Of a DNA stretch of 64,000 nt, positions 16,544-30,857 are shown in pieces (position 1 is the stretch's first letter; each line of letters begins with the position of its first letter). The stretch is from contig OZ024740.1 of the NCBI GenBank assembly GCA_964016885.1, positions 260,586,001-260,650,000 on the forward strand, written 5' to 3'. Made by a program: the position numbers and the translations under genes. The stretch comes from Eledone cirrhosa (Eukaryota). The notes under the pieces are model-generated. The model saw only the letters and a program-made list of their open reading frames with translations. It did no database searches and was not told the DNA's origin.

Positions 16544-19356
16544 ATTTACACATCAACAATAATAACATACTCAGAAACAACAACAACAGACACGCAGACA
16601 CAAACAACAATAACAACACACACAACAATAATAACACACACGGAGACAACAACAACAACACACATCAACAACAGCACACATCAACAATAACAAGAACAAC
16701 ACACACACATTCAATGTCTCTCAACACCACCACAATCTTAACAAACACACAGACACAGAAAACAGGTAATGGCAGTAGCACAGAAATAAGGGAAGGTAAT
16801 AGGATTGAAAGGAGAAGGGAGACTATGGACAGAGAAAATAACCAAGACGGACACACAGACACACAAAATAGAGTATATAATAACAATGAGCCAGAGGAAA
16901 GAGACAGGAGTAATAATGAGAGACATAGAAACAACCATGAGGCTGTTGGTGGAAATAGAAATAGAAACAACACAACTAACAATAACAATAGCACTAGTAC
17001 ACATAAAGCAGCAGCCTGGAACTCTACTTTTTATAATCCCTCCGATAAGTCGTTCGACCTGCGACGAGTCCACGCCACGACTTTACCTTTTAACAAACGC
17101 ACGCAATTGCCGTCGCAGGTCGATGAACAAACAGAAGCACAATTTAGTATAGCTAGATCTAAACTTAGAAATATTATAGAACAGTATAGCAAGAAGCATA
17201 ATTGAATGGAGGCCCAGCAACTGGGAGAAAAATCTGCAAATAGCTTGCGTAAGCTCATGCAGCGCTCGCGTAATGGAGAGATAGCATGCTTTCCAACAGA
17301 CAAGTCTGGCAGAATGTCGGTTGACAGTCTGCCAAACTACATCCAGGCAATGCAACCCCACATCACTAACACAAGAGAAGTAACACCACAAGAGCATGAG
17401 GATAGAGAAAAAGCCCTCAATGCCCATATGGTGATGTGGACGAATATAAGGCAGCCCAACAAAAGGACTGCCAACAACTTCCGGGCCTGGAACAATGACG
17501 TGCCAGCGTTGCATGGGCTTCGAAAAGACCATAAAACGGGCAGTGACCCTGTCACGGGACCACCAACACGGCCAGTCTGTGGAGCTAACATTGCTAGTAA
17601 CTACAGACTGTCCTACTTCCTCTCCCTCATCATACGCCCCATCATTGAAATGTCCCCAGATGTATGTGACAGCACGGAGGACCTCCTCAGCAGAATCGGC
17701 GAGAGTAACCGATCTAGGGACCTAACAAACTGCATAATAGGTAGTATGGATGTTGTGTCCCTGTATCCATCTATTGACGTGGATTTTGCTGTGGAGAAAT
17801 GCGTGGAAATGATCAGTGAGAGCAATGTTGTATTCCGTGGGATTGATACCAGTGAGCTGGGACTCCTACTTAAACTTACCTATAATAATAATAATTACCT
17901 AGACACATATGACCTTAGCAACCTGTGCCCTACAAGACCAGCAAGAGGCAGACCACCTACCATTACCTCAATGGCCAAGAAAACCCACACAGATAGATGG
18001 AACGGGTGGACCAGAGCCATACGGATACCCGAAAACCACGATGAACTAAAGAAAATGATTGCACATGCGGTGGGGTCCAGCATAAAATTAACCCTTAAGG
18101 AACATATGTTCAAATTTAATGGAAAAACATATGCCCAAGAGGAAGGTGCAGCCATTGGTGTTAGCATTGCAGGCGACATAGCTAACTTATTCATGGTATG
18201 GTGGGACAGTAGACTTAAACTTAAACTTAAAGAACAATTAGAAGACCCCTTAACCCTCATAATGTACTCCCGCTACGTTGATGATATAAACATCGTAGTT
18301 AAAACACCCCCACTAGAGAACAGTCAGGAATTAGAGAAAAACACAATGGAAAGGATCCAGCAAATAGCTAACTCCATCCACCAGAGTATTAGAGTTACTA
18401 TAGACTACCCAAGTAAACACCCCAACCATCGATTACCTGTACTAGACACAGAGCTCTGGTTAGATACCATTAATAACAAAAAACAAATCCTCCATTCCCA
18501 TTATGCCAAGCCCATGACTTCCAAATATCTGATCCACCGAAACTCAGCTGTTTCGGACCATACCAAAATCAGCATACTGATTGCGGATTTGGTACGGGTG
18601 ATGAGAAACGTGTCCCGCATGTGCAACCCCGAAGAACTAGAGAGACACATACAACACTTCATCCACCGTATGCAGTTCTCTGGTTACAATCAGAGAGATA
18701 AAATCAGAGTGTATAGAGAAGCCAGAACCAAATGTGAAAAAATGGTAAATAATGACACAAATGGGACCTGCCCCTTGCATAGGAGCAAATTTTGGAATAG
18801 AATAGAAAGAACTAAGAATAAGGCTAATAGAATAAACTCATGGTATGAAAGCAATAAATACCAGAGTGTAATGTTCATCGATACAACCCCTAGAGGTGAA
18901 TTAGCTTACAAATTTAGAAGGGCCCTAGATAAACATAAACTCAATATTAAGATAGTAGAAAGACCTGGTACCTCCGTAAAAACACTTATTAGCAAGACAT
19001 AACCTTTTCAAAGACCCCCTGTATAGATGAGAAATGTATAACCTGTAAATTAAGCCCCCATATTAACTGTAAAACTAGAAATGTAGTATATAGCATAAGA
19101 TGTACTGTAGGACAATGTAGAGACAAAAATATAGTGTACATAGGTAAGACAGCTCGTAGTGTAGGGGAGCGGATAAATGAACACTGCTAAAATAGAACAT
19201 AAGGGTAAATTAGAGAACATAGAAATAAAAATAGAATCTACACACAGAAAAGACGCAATGTTTAGACAAATCACAGAGGCAATAAACATAAAAGAATTAC
19301 AACCAAAATTAAATAGAAAACATGAGTGGAACAGCAACATCACAACTTACAATTAA
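16544..19356 (+). pseudogene. PLE polyprotein: Asn/Thr-rich N-terminus, RT, GIY-YIG (disrupted)
   Basis: ORFs 16441..17205 and 17206..19002 are in frame, separated by one TGA. Motifs: PTDKSG, GLRKDHK, TRPVC, SMDVVSLYPSID, GAAIG..ANLFMVWWD, YSRYVDD, LPVLD. A TAA at 19000, a frameshift and a ~50 bp deletion disrupt the EN. Confidence 0.95.
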
Positions 19357-19557
19357 GGACAAAATGAAAACACACACGCACATAGAACAAACAACCAACC
19401 GGTAACATGTAAATAAACAAATAAATAAACGAATATAAACACACACAGACACCCGGATGTGGCGCATGCGCAGACTGAGCACACAACACACACAGAGAAA
19501 CAAGATGGCGTAGGACAGAACAAAGGAGAGGCACAAAAACAAAGAAAAGAATCCCCA

Positions 19558-19600
19558 GTCACTGAAGAGGTCACAGAATGTGTGACGAAAGAACTTTGAC
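19558..19600 (+). ncRNA. Minimal hammerhead ribozyme in 3' pseudo-LTR
   Basis: GTCA-CTGAAGA-G-GTCACA gaatg TGTGAC-GAAA G aa C TT-TGAC, giving a 4 bp stem I, 6 bp stem II and 2 bp stem III. Confidence 0.8.
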
Positions 19601-19825
19601 AATATATAAACAACCATCTGGTTGTGGAACCAACCAACCGGAAATTTATAAATTCCTAATTTATAAATTTATTATAATAAATTGAAGTGAAAGCAACTGG
19701 TGCGTGTGTTTCTTATTGGCAACATGACCCTCCCAAAGTATAACAATATCGGTTTCAACACACGTTTTCAGATAAAGAATCTTGCTAAACAAATTCAGAA
19801 ACGATATATATATATATATATATAT

Positions 19826-19927
19826 AAAAGCTTCTACAGGACGAGAAGTGTTTCATTCGTGAGAATCATCTCGAGCTTCCTGATAATTTCTCACGAATGA
19901 AACAGTTCTAGTCCTGTAGAAGCTTTT
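19826..19927. repeat. Short fold-back of PLE-end-like sequence
   Basis: ~45 bp imperfect inverted arms, each with (CT)GATRA..TTC-tcac-GAAT-GAAAC, next to (TA)n. Confidence 0.75.
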
Positions 19928-20004
19928 CTATATTAAAACATTTATACTCTGCTATGTATTGAGTACCTTACTGTGGTTACCCCCGATTCAAACCTGGAAT
20001 AACT

Positions 20005-20104
<100 letters not shown>

Positions 20105-20111
20105 TATATAT

Positions 20112-20174
<63 letters not shown>

Positions 20175-20730
20175 TAGATATATATATAAACATAAATTAT
20201 CGAGATTCGCATTTCGGCCCACGAAATAACAAAAAACAACCTCCGAGATGTGAGGCAAGTGCTCAATGATTCAGATGAACCAGAGCTATAACAAACGTTA
20301 AAGGCCAAACACACTGAGACGATGGTTAAACAATCATTCGCATACCCCAAAAAACGATCAAGTAATTCGGGTATTGAAAATTTACCCGGACCCCTGGAAG
20401 GTTGGTAAAATCAATCCAGTATTTGGGTTTCTGCGGCTCCTAAATCAAGTACCGTCCGCTTACATACAAAATGTCAGGCTTCTGGTAAGATGATTGAACA
20501 AGGAAGCCACTTTCTCAACAGGTTTTAGTTCAATGTTAATACACGGACTGACTATTGCTGACTCCACGTGGGGATCGGCAAGGGAGGCAGCCCCTATATC
20601 AGGCGAATAAATTCAGTTGTGTTGTGTATATTTTTGCAAGAATGCAAAAACATCACAAATCGAATAGAGTTCTCAACAGAAGGGTTAAAATTAAGATTAA
20701 CATAAGCTATTCATCAGTCAATAGAATCAA

Positions 20731-20766
<36 letters not shown>

Positions 20767-21045
20767 ATATACAATATTATAAAGAGTCGGATCCCGGCGG
20801 CTGAGCTCTTGCCGTTTCAACGGCTAGTTTCATGATTAATATAACACACATACACACACACACACATGCATACTCATGACTCAAATACAGTGAGGCACAC
20901 TGACGTGTAGATCAACATTTACACAGTGATACATCAATTACATGCACACGCCGGCACTGACAGATACACACGCGCACACACATATACAAACACATACACT
21001 AAGTCAGTAAAAAATGGACGAGAGATAGAGGAGAGGAAGGGAGAG

Positions 21046-21112
<67 letters not shown>

Positions 21113-21204
21113 GATGGGGAGAGAGGAAGATGTATATATATATATATGAAAAATGGCGTATATATATATATATATAGTTATGTCTATATATGTATTTTGA
21201 TAGT

Positions 21205-21250
<46 letters not shown>

Positions 21251-21292
21251 CATAGATAGATCGGGAGTACCTGTTTATGTCACTGTTGTAAT

Positions 21293-21326
<34 letters not shown>

Positions 21327-21607
21327 CACATACATACATATATATATATATATACACACATACATAGATACATATATATTCCGATCTATGTATCCGATCT
21401 ATGTATCCATCAATATATATAGTGAGAGAAATATAGATAGAAAGAGAAAGAGGGAGTATGTGTGTGTAGGGAAGAGAGAGAGAGTATGAGAGGAATATAT
21501 ATATATATATAATATATAGTAAGAGAAATATAAAATGATAGATAGAAAAAGAGTGTGAATGTTTGTGTGTGAGAGATGGAGGTGGGAAGAGAGAGAGAGA
21601 TATAGCT

Positions 21608-21638
<31 letters not shown>

Positions 21639-21799
21639 GATAGAGAGATAGGGGGAGAGAGAGGGGGGGAAGAGAGAGAGAGATAGCTAGAGAGATAGGG
21701 AGAGAGAGAGAGGGGCGGGGGAAGAGAGAGAGAGAAAGAGAGAGAGAGATAGCTAGAGAGATAGGGAGAGAACGAGGGGCGGGGGAAGAGAGAGAGAGA

Positions 21800-21905
<106 letters not shown>

Positions 21906-22854
21906 CAATCAAGCTGTTCAACCTTTTTTCCTATGAAAGTGGACTCTTCCAAAGCGAAGAAGCGGTATATTCTGGTTTTGCGTAAAGGCGGGGAAATTGC
22001 TTATGTTGTGAGCAAACATCATTGTACATACTACGCACACGCATACACTTGCTCTATATTTATATATACATATACGTGTATATATATATATAACGCGTGT
22101 ATATATATATATGTGTGTGTGTGTATGTATGTACACGCACAAATTCTAAACAATTCAGTTATATAGTGTGTATATATAGATAAATATATATAATAAATAT
22201 ATACATATAGTTTAACTAAGCGCACGTGTTCTTTGTGCAGGAGCTATTACCATCACGCGTGCATATTAACTAGTAGTTAATATCATATGTATATGTATAT
22301 ATAATATAGTATCTACATATATATATAAATTTAAACACTTACCGATTGGGATATTTACGTACATACATTCATAAATACATACATACATACATAGTCACAC
22401 ACACACACATATATATATATATACATATATCTCTATATATATATATACGCAGAGAAGCCACTGTAATCCCTTTTTGTTTGAGGATATTGCAAAGGTAGGT
22501 TTTGTTACATTTATTTCATATATACATACATATATATATTTCATATATATATATATACATACACATATATACATGTATATATATGCATACATAAACACAT
22601 ACATACATACATATATACATACATACACATACATACATATGCATACATATGCACATATACATACATATGTACATATACACATACAAACAACCATACATAC
22701 ATACATGCATACATACATACATACATACATACATACATACATACATACAACCATACATACATACATACATACATACATATCTGACTGTATAATTTGTATC
22801 TCTCAATCTATAACTCTCTTTACATATATATGTATAAATATATAGATAGATAGT

Positions 22855-22909
<55 letters not shown>

Positions 22910-23014
22910 ATGTATGTATATGTGTATATATATATGTGTGTGTGCGCGCGCGAGTGTGTATATTGAAAGGAAAACCTAAGATTTTTCAAAGGATGCTTCA
23001 TTCTCTCCCTCTCT

Positions 23015-23088
<74 letters not shown>

Positions 23089-23171
23089 TATTAAAATTAT
23101 TTTTTCGTAGAGTGCTTCCAATCTACTGTAAAACTCATTCTTTGATGTACTCATTGAATATTGTTTAACAC

Positions 23172-23316
<145 letters not shown>

Positions 23317-23540
23317 TTATATTATATATAAATTCATATATATAAATATATATATAATCAAAGGATGTTTCATTCTATATATATATATATATATATATAC
23401 ATATTCATTGTATATATATATATCATTCTCTATGTCGGCATTTATCTGTTATATTCTCTAAATTCCTTTCTGTTAATACCTAATTCCCTCTCCACCCCAC
23501 ACCATCAGAGCCCTTTCCGTTGTCCCTGCATCCCTCCTAT

Positions 23541-23636
<96 letters not shown>

Positions 23637-23924
23637 GCGGTGCCCCAGCATCGCCTCAGTCGGATGACTGGAACAGGTAAAAAGGCTAATATATATCCCC
23701 TGTTCTTTGGTTTATACACCCGGCACCGTGAGTAAAACTGGTGAGAAGAAGAGCCTTTATATAAATGATATTAGTCATAGTAATAGTCCCCAATTTGAGA
23801 CGTAAAGAACAACGTAGCTAATGACCCGGTCATGCGGCCGCTTAGCCATGGATACCTTGTTCAAGCCTGCTCATTGGATCTACTACCTTCCTTCTCTCTC
23901 CATATGTATATACATATACATATT

Positions 23925-24030
<106 letters not shown>

Positions 24031-24045
24031 GCATATACTATTAAC

Positions 24046-24087
<42 letters not shown>

Positions 24088-24129
24088 ACACATTGTATGT
24101 ACGTATGTGTGTACGCGCGCGCTCACACA

Positions 24130-24738
24130 CATATATACATATATATATATATATATGTGTGTGTGTATACTTATATATATTGTATGTATGCACTCTCACT
24201 ATATATATATATATGTGCGTGTGTGTGTGTGTGTGTGTATAATATATACATGTGTATATATATATTGTATGTATGCACTCTGTCTCTGTATGTATATGTC
24301 TCTATATATGTGTGTGTGTGTATGTATATAATATATACATGTGTATATATATATTGTATGTATGCACTCTGTCTCTATGTATATGTCTATGTATGTATAT
24401 GTGTTTGTGTGTGTGTGTGTGTATACGTGTATATATATATTGCATGTATGCACTCTCTCTCTGTATGTATATATGTGTGTGTGTGTATATAATATATACA
24501 TGTGTATATATATATTGTATGTATGCACTCTGTCTCTGTATGTATATGTCTCTATATATATGTGTGTGTGTGTATGTATATAATATATACATGTGTATAT
24601 ATATATTGTATGTATGCACTCTGTCTCTGTATGTATATGTCTCTATATATATGTGTGTGTGTGTGTATATAATATATACATGTGTATATATATATTGTAT
24701 GTATGCACTCTGTCTCTGTATGTATATGTCTATGTATG

Positions 24739-24777
<39 letters not shown>

Positions 24778-24780
24778 ATA
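24130..24780. repeat. ~85-95 bp minisatellite built from TA/TG microsatellite pieces
   Basis: Recurrent TATAATATATACATGTGTATATATATATTGTATGTATGCACTCTGTCTCTGTATG. Confidence 0.85.
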
Positions 24781-25460
24781 CATATGTCTGACGGTGTGTT
24801 TAACTTTGCAAACATGTAAGGAAGTCCAAAGCCATTGTCCCTGTACATGTTATATTGTCAGTCATGACTATAGCGGTGAGTGTGTATATGTTAGTCATGA
24901 TAAGAATAGTAGTGATGGTGATGTGGTAGTGTTGATGGTGGTGTCGATGGTGGTGTCGATGGAGGTGGTCATGAATGCTATGAGTCCTTTTGTGAGAGAG
25001 CCTACAGGCGGTCACTTGAATTTCTAAAAAATTGCAGTCAAACTCTACCTGAAATCACACCCTTCCGTCACGACGAGGATATTAGTGATGGTGATGGTGG
25101 TGGTGATGGTAGGGGTGTTGTTAATGGTGATGCTGATGATGGTAGTATTGGCGGCGATAGCCTATGGTCATAAATGGTGAAGGTGTTGATTGTGATAGGG
25201 GTGATGGTTGTGGTGTTGATGTAGGTGATGATGGTGGCGGTGGTGTTGGTGATGATGTTGATGGTGGCGGTGGTGGTGATGATGTTGATGGTGGTGGTGA
25301 TGATGTTGATGGTGGTCGTGGAGACTAATAATATTTGGTTTTTCACCCAAAGGAAATGAGAGTTTATGGTGTTCAATATTTTCAGGAAGAATATAAAAAA
25401 ATAAACATCTAATCATGGGATGTGTCATGTTCATGCTTTTTCTAATGGATATTATTGATG

Positions 25461-25527
<67 letters not shown>

Positions 25528-26865
25528 GTTGGTGGGCTGGCAAAATCAGCAGAGTGTCCGACAAATTACCTCGCGCTACTTAGTTGCGTGTTTCTATTGA
25601 GTTCTGAGTTCAAATCCCACCAGATTCGGGATTTGCCAATCACCATTCTGGATCTTTTCAATAAAATAAAGTACCAGTTAACTTCTAGGGTCATATCAGT
25701 TAACTACTAGGGTCGTACCAGTCAACTATTAGGGTCGTATCAGCCAACTATTAGGGTCCAGTCAACCACTAGGGTCTATTTTATCGATTGAACCCCATGC
25801 CACCCTCTTTTCCTCCCGCATCAAATGTTTAGGTTTGTTAGAAATTAGAAGGACACATTGTAATCCAAGATACATTAGACCTGTGATTCAAAAGAACACA
25901 TTTTTAAGTGGACTCCTAGATAAACCTAGATCATAGCTCTGATCAATTAGGATTGATTTAGACTTGAACAGTCATCACCACCACCACCACCACCACCACC
26001 ATTATTACCATTACCATCAACGCCACTGTTATCACCATTACCATCAACACCACCATGACAGACATCACTGTTATGAGTCAACGTAGGAAGCCTCTCGCCG
26101 GTCACTTGAATTTCTAGAAATAGCAACCAACCCTCTGTTAAATCACACCCTAGCGCCTTAAAAAGGGAAGGACGGACACAACTTTGTAGTCCTAGATACA
26201 CTTTACATGTGATTCGAACCCAAACCAGTTGCCCCCAATGTGATCAGTCACTAATTCGGTCTATTTCGATCCCTGATCGAAAATGTTATTCAGAAAGGCA
26301 TGGACTAGGAAAACTTCATTATAATACACAGCATATGTAATTCTAAGTGAAAACATGCCAGTTCCAAGTGAGAATAAGGATTTAGTTATGTAGAACAGCC
26401 CATCCCCTGGGGTACTTCTCTCCTGCCCCTACTGTAAAGAAACAATTATTCCTCCACCCACAATCTTTCTCCTATGGCTGGTAACAGTATTGATCAGTAG
26501 TTTTATATATACATACTCTCGGGTCCCAAATAATAGGGGGGGGGGTTTAATAAGCAGAGGTTGGACATTTGCTTAAATTCTTATAGGCGGGGGGGGTGGG
26601 GGTGTAATTATATAGTGTACGTTCGTAAGTATGGGATTTCTTGTAATCTTCTTTTTTTGTCATATGTAATATTTTTTTAATTTAAAATTAAATTATTAGA
26701 TTCTCCAGCTGCAGTAGCAATATGAATCACTTCCAATAAAATTTCGCCGGAGATAGATTAGCAAAATTTAATAAACGCGGTGGTGGTGGGGGGGATAAAA
26801 ACGGGTGGGTTGGAAAAGATCTGAAAAATTAATACGCGCGGGTGGGGGTGGGGGGGGATTACACA

Positions 26866-26923
<58 letters not shown>

Positions 26924-27042
26924 TACATACATACACACCCACCCATATACATATATATATACAAACACGCACATACATATATATATATACACACACCTGT
27001 ATATACATATATATATATTCATCTATCATACTCGATTTAATA

Positions 27043-27079
<37 letters not shown>

Positions 27080-27267
27080 CACACACAAACACGCGCATAC
27101 ACATACATACATACAAACACACACACACACACATCACCCTCTGACACGCATGAACAAACATGCATGAATGTATGTATATGTATATAAAAAATGAATAGTC
27201 ACAAACATATACACGCACATACGTATATATACATACATATGCATGCACTTTAACAATGCTTCATTAT

Positions 27268-27310
<43 letters not shown>

Positions 27311-27795
27311 TGGTAGTAGTAGTAGTGGTAGTAGTAGTGGTAGTGGTGGTGGTGGAGGTGGTACTTTTAGCTTGAGGTCAACCGTGATCAAGTAAACCCA
27401 TGGCCAAAGGCAGGCAGCTAGTTATGACCATCTTATTATGCAGCATAGTGTATCTAGGAGTACACTGTGTGCTTTGTTGTTTTTTTTTTGTTCTTTTTAT
27501 GATAGTGTGATTTGAGGGAAAATTGGCTGCTATTCTAGCAGGCCCAGTGACCACAAGAAGGCCTTACTCATTGACTAGTAGCATTGATAGTTGTTTTTAT
27601 TGTTGTTATTATTATTATTTAAGCCATTGTCTAAGTATATCTAGGACTACGTTATCCGTCGTGTCATTTCCTGTCACAAGACGTCAGTGTAGGATTCGAA
27701 GATTTGGCTGCTATTTCTAGCAAGTCTATCGACAACATGGAGACCGCTTCCTCGTCTAGTAGTCGGAGGAGGGAGCGTTGCAGCAGCAGGGCAGC

Positions 27796-27876
<81 letters not shown>

Positions 27877-29701
27877 GGTGGTGGTAGTAGTGGTGGTGGT
27901 GTGGTAGTGGTGGTGGTGGTGGTAGTACTAGTAGTAGTGGTGGTAGTAGTAGTAGTAGTAGTGGTGGTGGTGGTGGTGGTAGTACTAGTAGTAGTAGTAG
28001 TAGTAGTATCATCTGAACTTTCCGATGTACTTTAACATTGGTAACAGAAATAAATGAGTGTCTTTCCCACACCATGGCCACTCTGTCTTATTTACTGTCA
28101 CGGTCTACCTAGGACTACATTACCTGATATGTCCTTCCTGTTTCATGAAGGTAAAGTGTGCTTTGAAGGATATACGACTGCTGTTTATGAAAGGTTCTGG
28201 TTTATAGGAGTGGGGGGGGGGGCATGGAGATATTGTTGAACAATAGGGGTCATCACCACCACCACCACTATCATCCTCATTATCATCATCACCATCGTCA
28301 TCATCATCACCATCACCTCTAACCCTGTCTCCATTATTATCATCATCATCATCATCATCCTTATCGCCATCACCATAACCTCTATCATACCACCATCCTC
28401 GTTATTATCCACCACCGCCATCACCATCATCGTTATCATCACCATCACCATCACCATCACCATCATCGTTATCATTACTATCACCATCATCCCCCCCACC
28501 CCACTACCACTACCATCATCGTCATCGTTATCATTACCACAATCACCACTACCACCATCATCACCACTACTACCGCCACCACCACAATCACCACCATCCA
28601 CCACCACCATCACCATCATCCCACCACCACAATCACCATCATCCACCATCACCATCATCCCACCACCACAATCACCATCATCCACCATCACCACCACCAT
28701 CACCATCATCCCACCACCACCACCATCACCATCATCCCACCATCACCACCACAATCACCATCATCCACCATCACCATCATCCACAATAAATATTTCAACT
28801 ATTTATTATAATACATGCTCCCAGTGGAGGGACATGCTCCCTCCGACGGAAGTCGTTTTCCTTCTTCAGGGGGTGGTCGACATATTGTTGTTATTGTTTT
28901 TTAGCACCAGGTCTATATTTGATCTGATAGTTTTATGATCGAAGGCATTCTCGCCATGGCCATTCCATTCTATCCACACACCATTTGTTAAATATATATC
29001 TATAATTACATTTTACGTTCGTAAAAAAGAATAGCTAGGATGAATTGACTCACTCGTCGAAAAAAAAAAAAGATTTTTTTCACATGGAAAGAAAGCAAGA
29101 AAACCTTTATTTCTTAGAAGTATATGAATTTCATATTTACTCTTTACATCTTGTAATGATTTAGAAAATATCTAAATTAGGGTTTGTTAATTCAAATGTT
29201 TATAATGTCTTTACTTGTGGACAGATCTTTTGGAAAATTTGCACGAAAATCTTGCCACGATTTAGCAGAATATATCTAAATTAGAGTTTGTTGATTCAAA
29301 TGTTTATAATATCTTCACTAGTTAACAGATCTTTGGGAAAACCCATCTTTTTCCGTTCACTGGGTTTATACTCTCCGTTATTAGACTATTTTATTTTGTC
29401 AAAAAGTTCAAAATTTCGTCGGGGTCAATTTTTGCCTTTCATCTTCCCAAGTCTGAGACTTGTGGCCGTCTCGTAAATGATCCCATTTCAAAATATGTAT
29501 TTTATTATAGCCAAAACCCTGTAAGTGAAATCGGGTCAACGAAAACTGTTGTAAAGCTCATCAAATGAATTCTACTAGTACGTCACAAACCCAGCCTTGT
29601 TATATCACACTATACACTATCACAATGTCTGTGGAATACTCAGCCATTTTATAATACAAGATGGAGCTATACGTGTAATTCAAATTTCTAACCATGCCAC
29701 A

Positions 29702-29960
29702 TGAGGCGCCTGGCCTAGTGGTAAGTGCGTTGGACTTACAATCATAACGTCATAGGTTCGATTCCTTTACTAGGTTGTGTATTGTGTTTTTGAGAAAAAC
29801 ATTTTATTTGACGTTGCTCCTGAATGAGTACTAGCAACAGCTAGGGGTTTGACCCTGCGATGGACTGGTGTCCTGTCCAGAGGAGGAGTCTTGTACTCTC
29901 AGTTACTTAACGCCACTGGGATAAGCACCGACTTCATGAGTTTCCTGGCTCGAGACAGAC
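29702..29960 (+). mobile_element. tRNA-derived SINE family B
   Basis: Box A TGGCCTAGTGG, box B GGTTCGATTCC and a degenerate TGAGCAAGACACTT-like motif. Relatives on the minus strand lie at ~38315-38675 and ~53200-53360. Confidence 0.75.
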
Positions 29961-30225
29961 TTTAGACTTTTTAGGACCATGTCACATCACACCGACATAT
30001 CAATTGTATCTGAGGATTATGTTAAAGTTATGAAATAACTACTGGATAGAGCAGTTATATGTATAAACAGTGTATGTGTCTTATTGTCTAAAGTTATGTG
30101 TGTGAGTGCCTGTGTGTTTGTGTATTATTGGAGTTGTGAAAAACGTATGTGAGATAGGTAGATAGATAGATCAGGACTGACCCAGTATTAAACTAGTTAG
30201 ACTATTATTCAACAGAGTACTCGAT

Positions 30226-30396
30226 ACCTGGAATAGTAGATTGTGACTATATTAGAAAGAGCCGGGCCCCCGACTCTTTCTTGGAATAGTAGATTGTGAC
30301 TATATTAGAAAGAGCTGGGCCCCCCGACTCTTTCTTGGAATAGTAGATTGTGACTATATTAGAAAGAGCCGGGCCCCCGACTCTTTCTAATATATA
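30226..30396. repeat. Three ~53 bp tandem units, each containing a hairpin
   Basis: TGGAATAGTAGATTGTGACTATATTAGAAAGAGCCGGGCCCCCGACTCTTTCT x3. Confidence 0.9.
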
Positions 30397-30857
30397 TACC
30401 GTATATGCCGGCGAACAAGTTGCCATTTGGAACATAAAAATATCTCTTCGCAACCAGGGGTCGACTTGTTCGCCAAACATAAAATGTGAACCTTTACCAC
30501 TGAGGGGTAAACAGTGAAACTGCCTGCCTAACACTCGTTGTACACCACTTACCATAACTCTAGCAGCCCACCACAATCATTTCCTACTGAATCTCATATT
30601 TGTTAAGTCTCTTTAACGGAGAGATTGTAATAATATCAATAACTTGCCGTAGCTCATAAGGTAGGTTACCATAGGTTCATTAACGTTAGGCTAGGCTGGT
30701 TTACTCAATGAGTTAGAACTCACTTGCGTCTAAACGTTTTGAATTATTTCCCCTGCAACTGCCTTATTTTTTGGGGGTCGTCTTATCCGGCGAATATAGA
30801 CCTAAACCTGAATTACATCTCAGAACTTTAGGGGTCGACTTGTACGCTAGCATATAT
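30397..30857. mobile_element. Degenerate pogo/Tigger-like non-autonomous DNA transposon
   Basis: TA|CCGTATATGCCGGCGAACAAG left end, GACTTGTACGCTAGCATATA right end, and internal GGGGTCGACTT subterminal repeats. Confidence 0.6.

Larger units (their letters stand above)
15778..19790 (+). mobile_element. Penelope-like retroelement (C-terminal GIY-YIG, Nematis-like) with inverted 5' pseudo-LTR
   Basis: 15778-16543 is the reverse complement of 19039-19744. The RT and EN ORF lies between them. There is a 3' tail at 19745-19790 and the element is flanked by (TA)n. Confidence 0.95.

Noticed and set aside
20553-20612. HDV-like ribozyme suggested by TCCACGTGG and GGCGAAT
   Set aside because: P1/P3 pairings could not be built, and a simple hairpin explains the sequence.
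28843-28873. CTGAAGA plus GGAA/TTCC stem on the minus strand
   Set aside because: The GAAA core is missing, so it is at best a deleted relic.
30226-30396. CRISPR-like repeat with palindromic units
   Set aside because: The intervening sequences are identical rather than unique spacers, there are no cas genes, and the context is eukaryotic.
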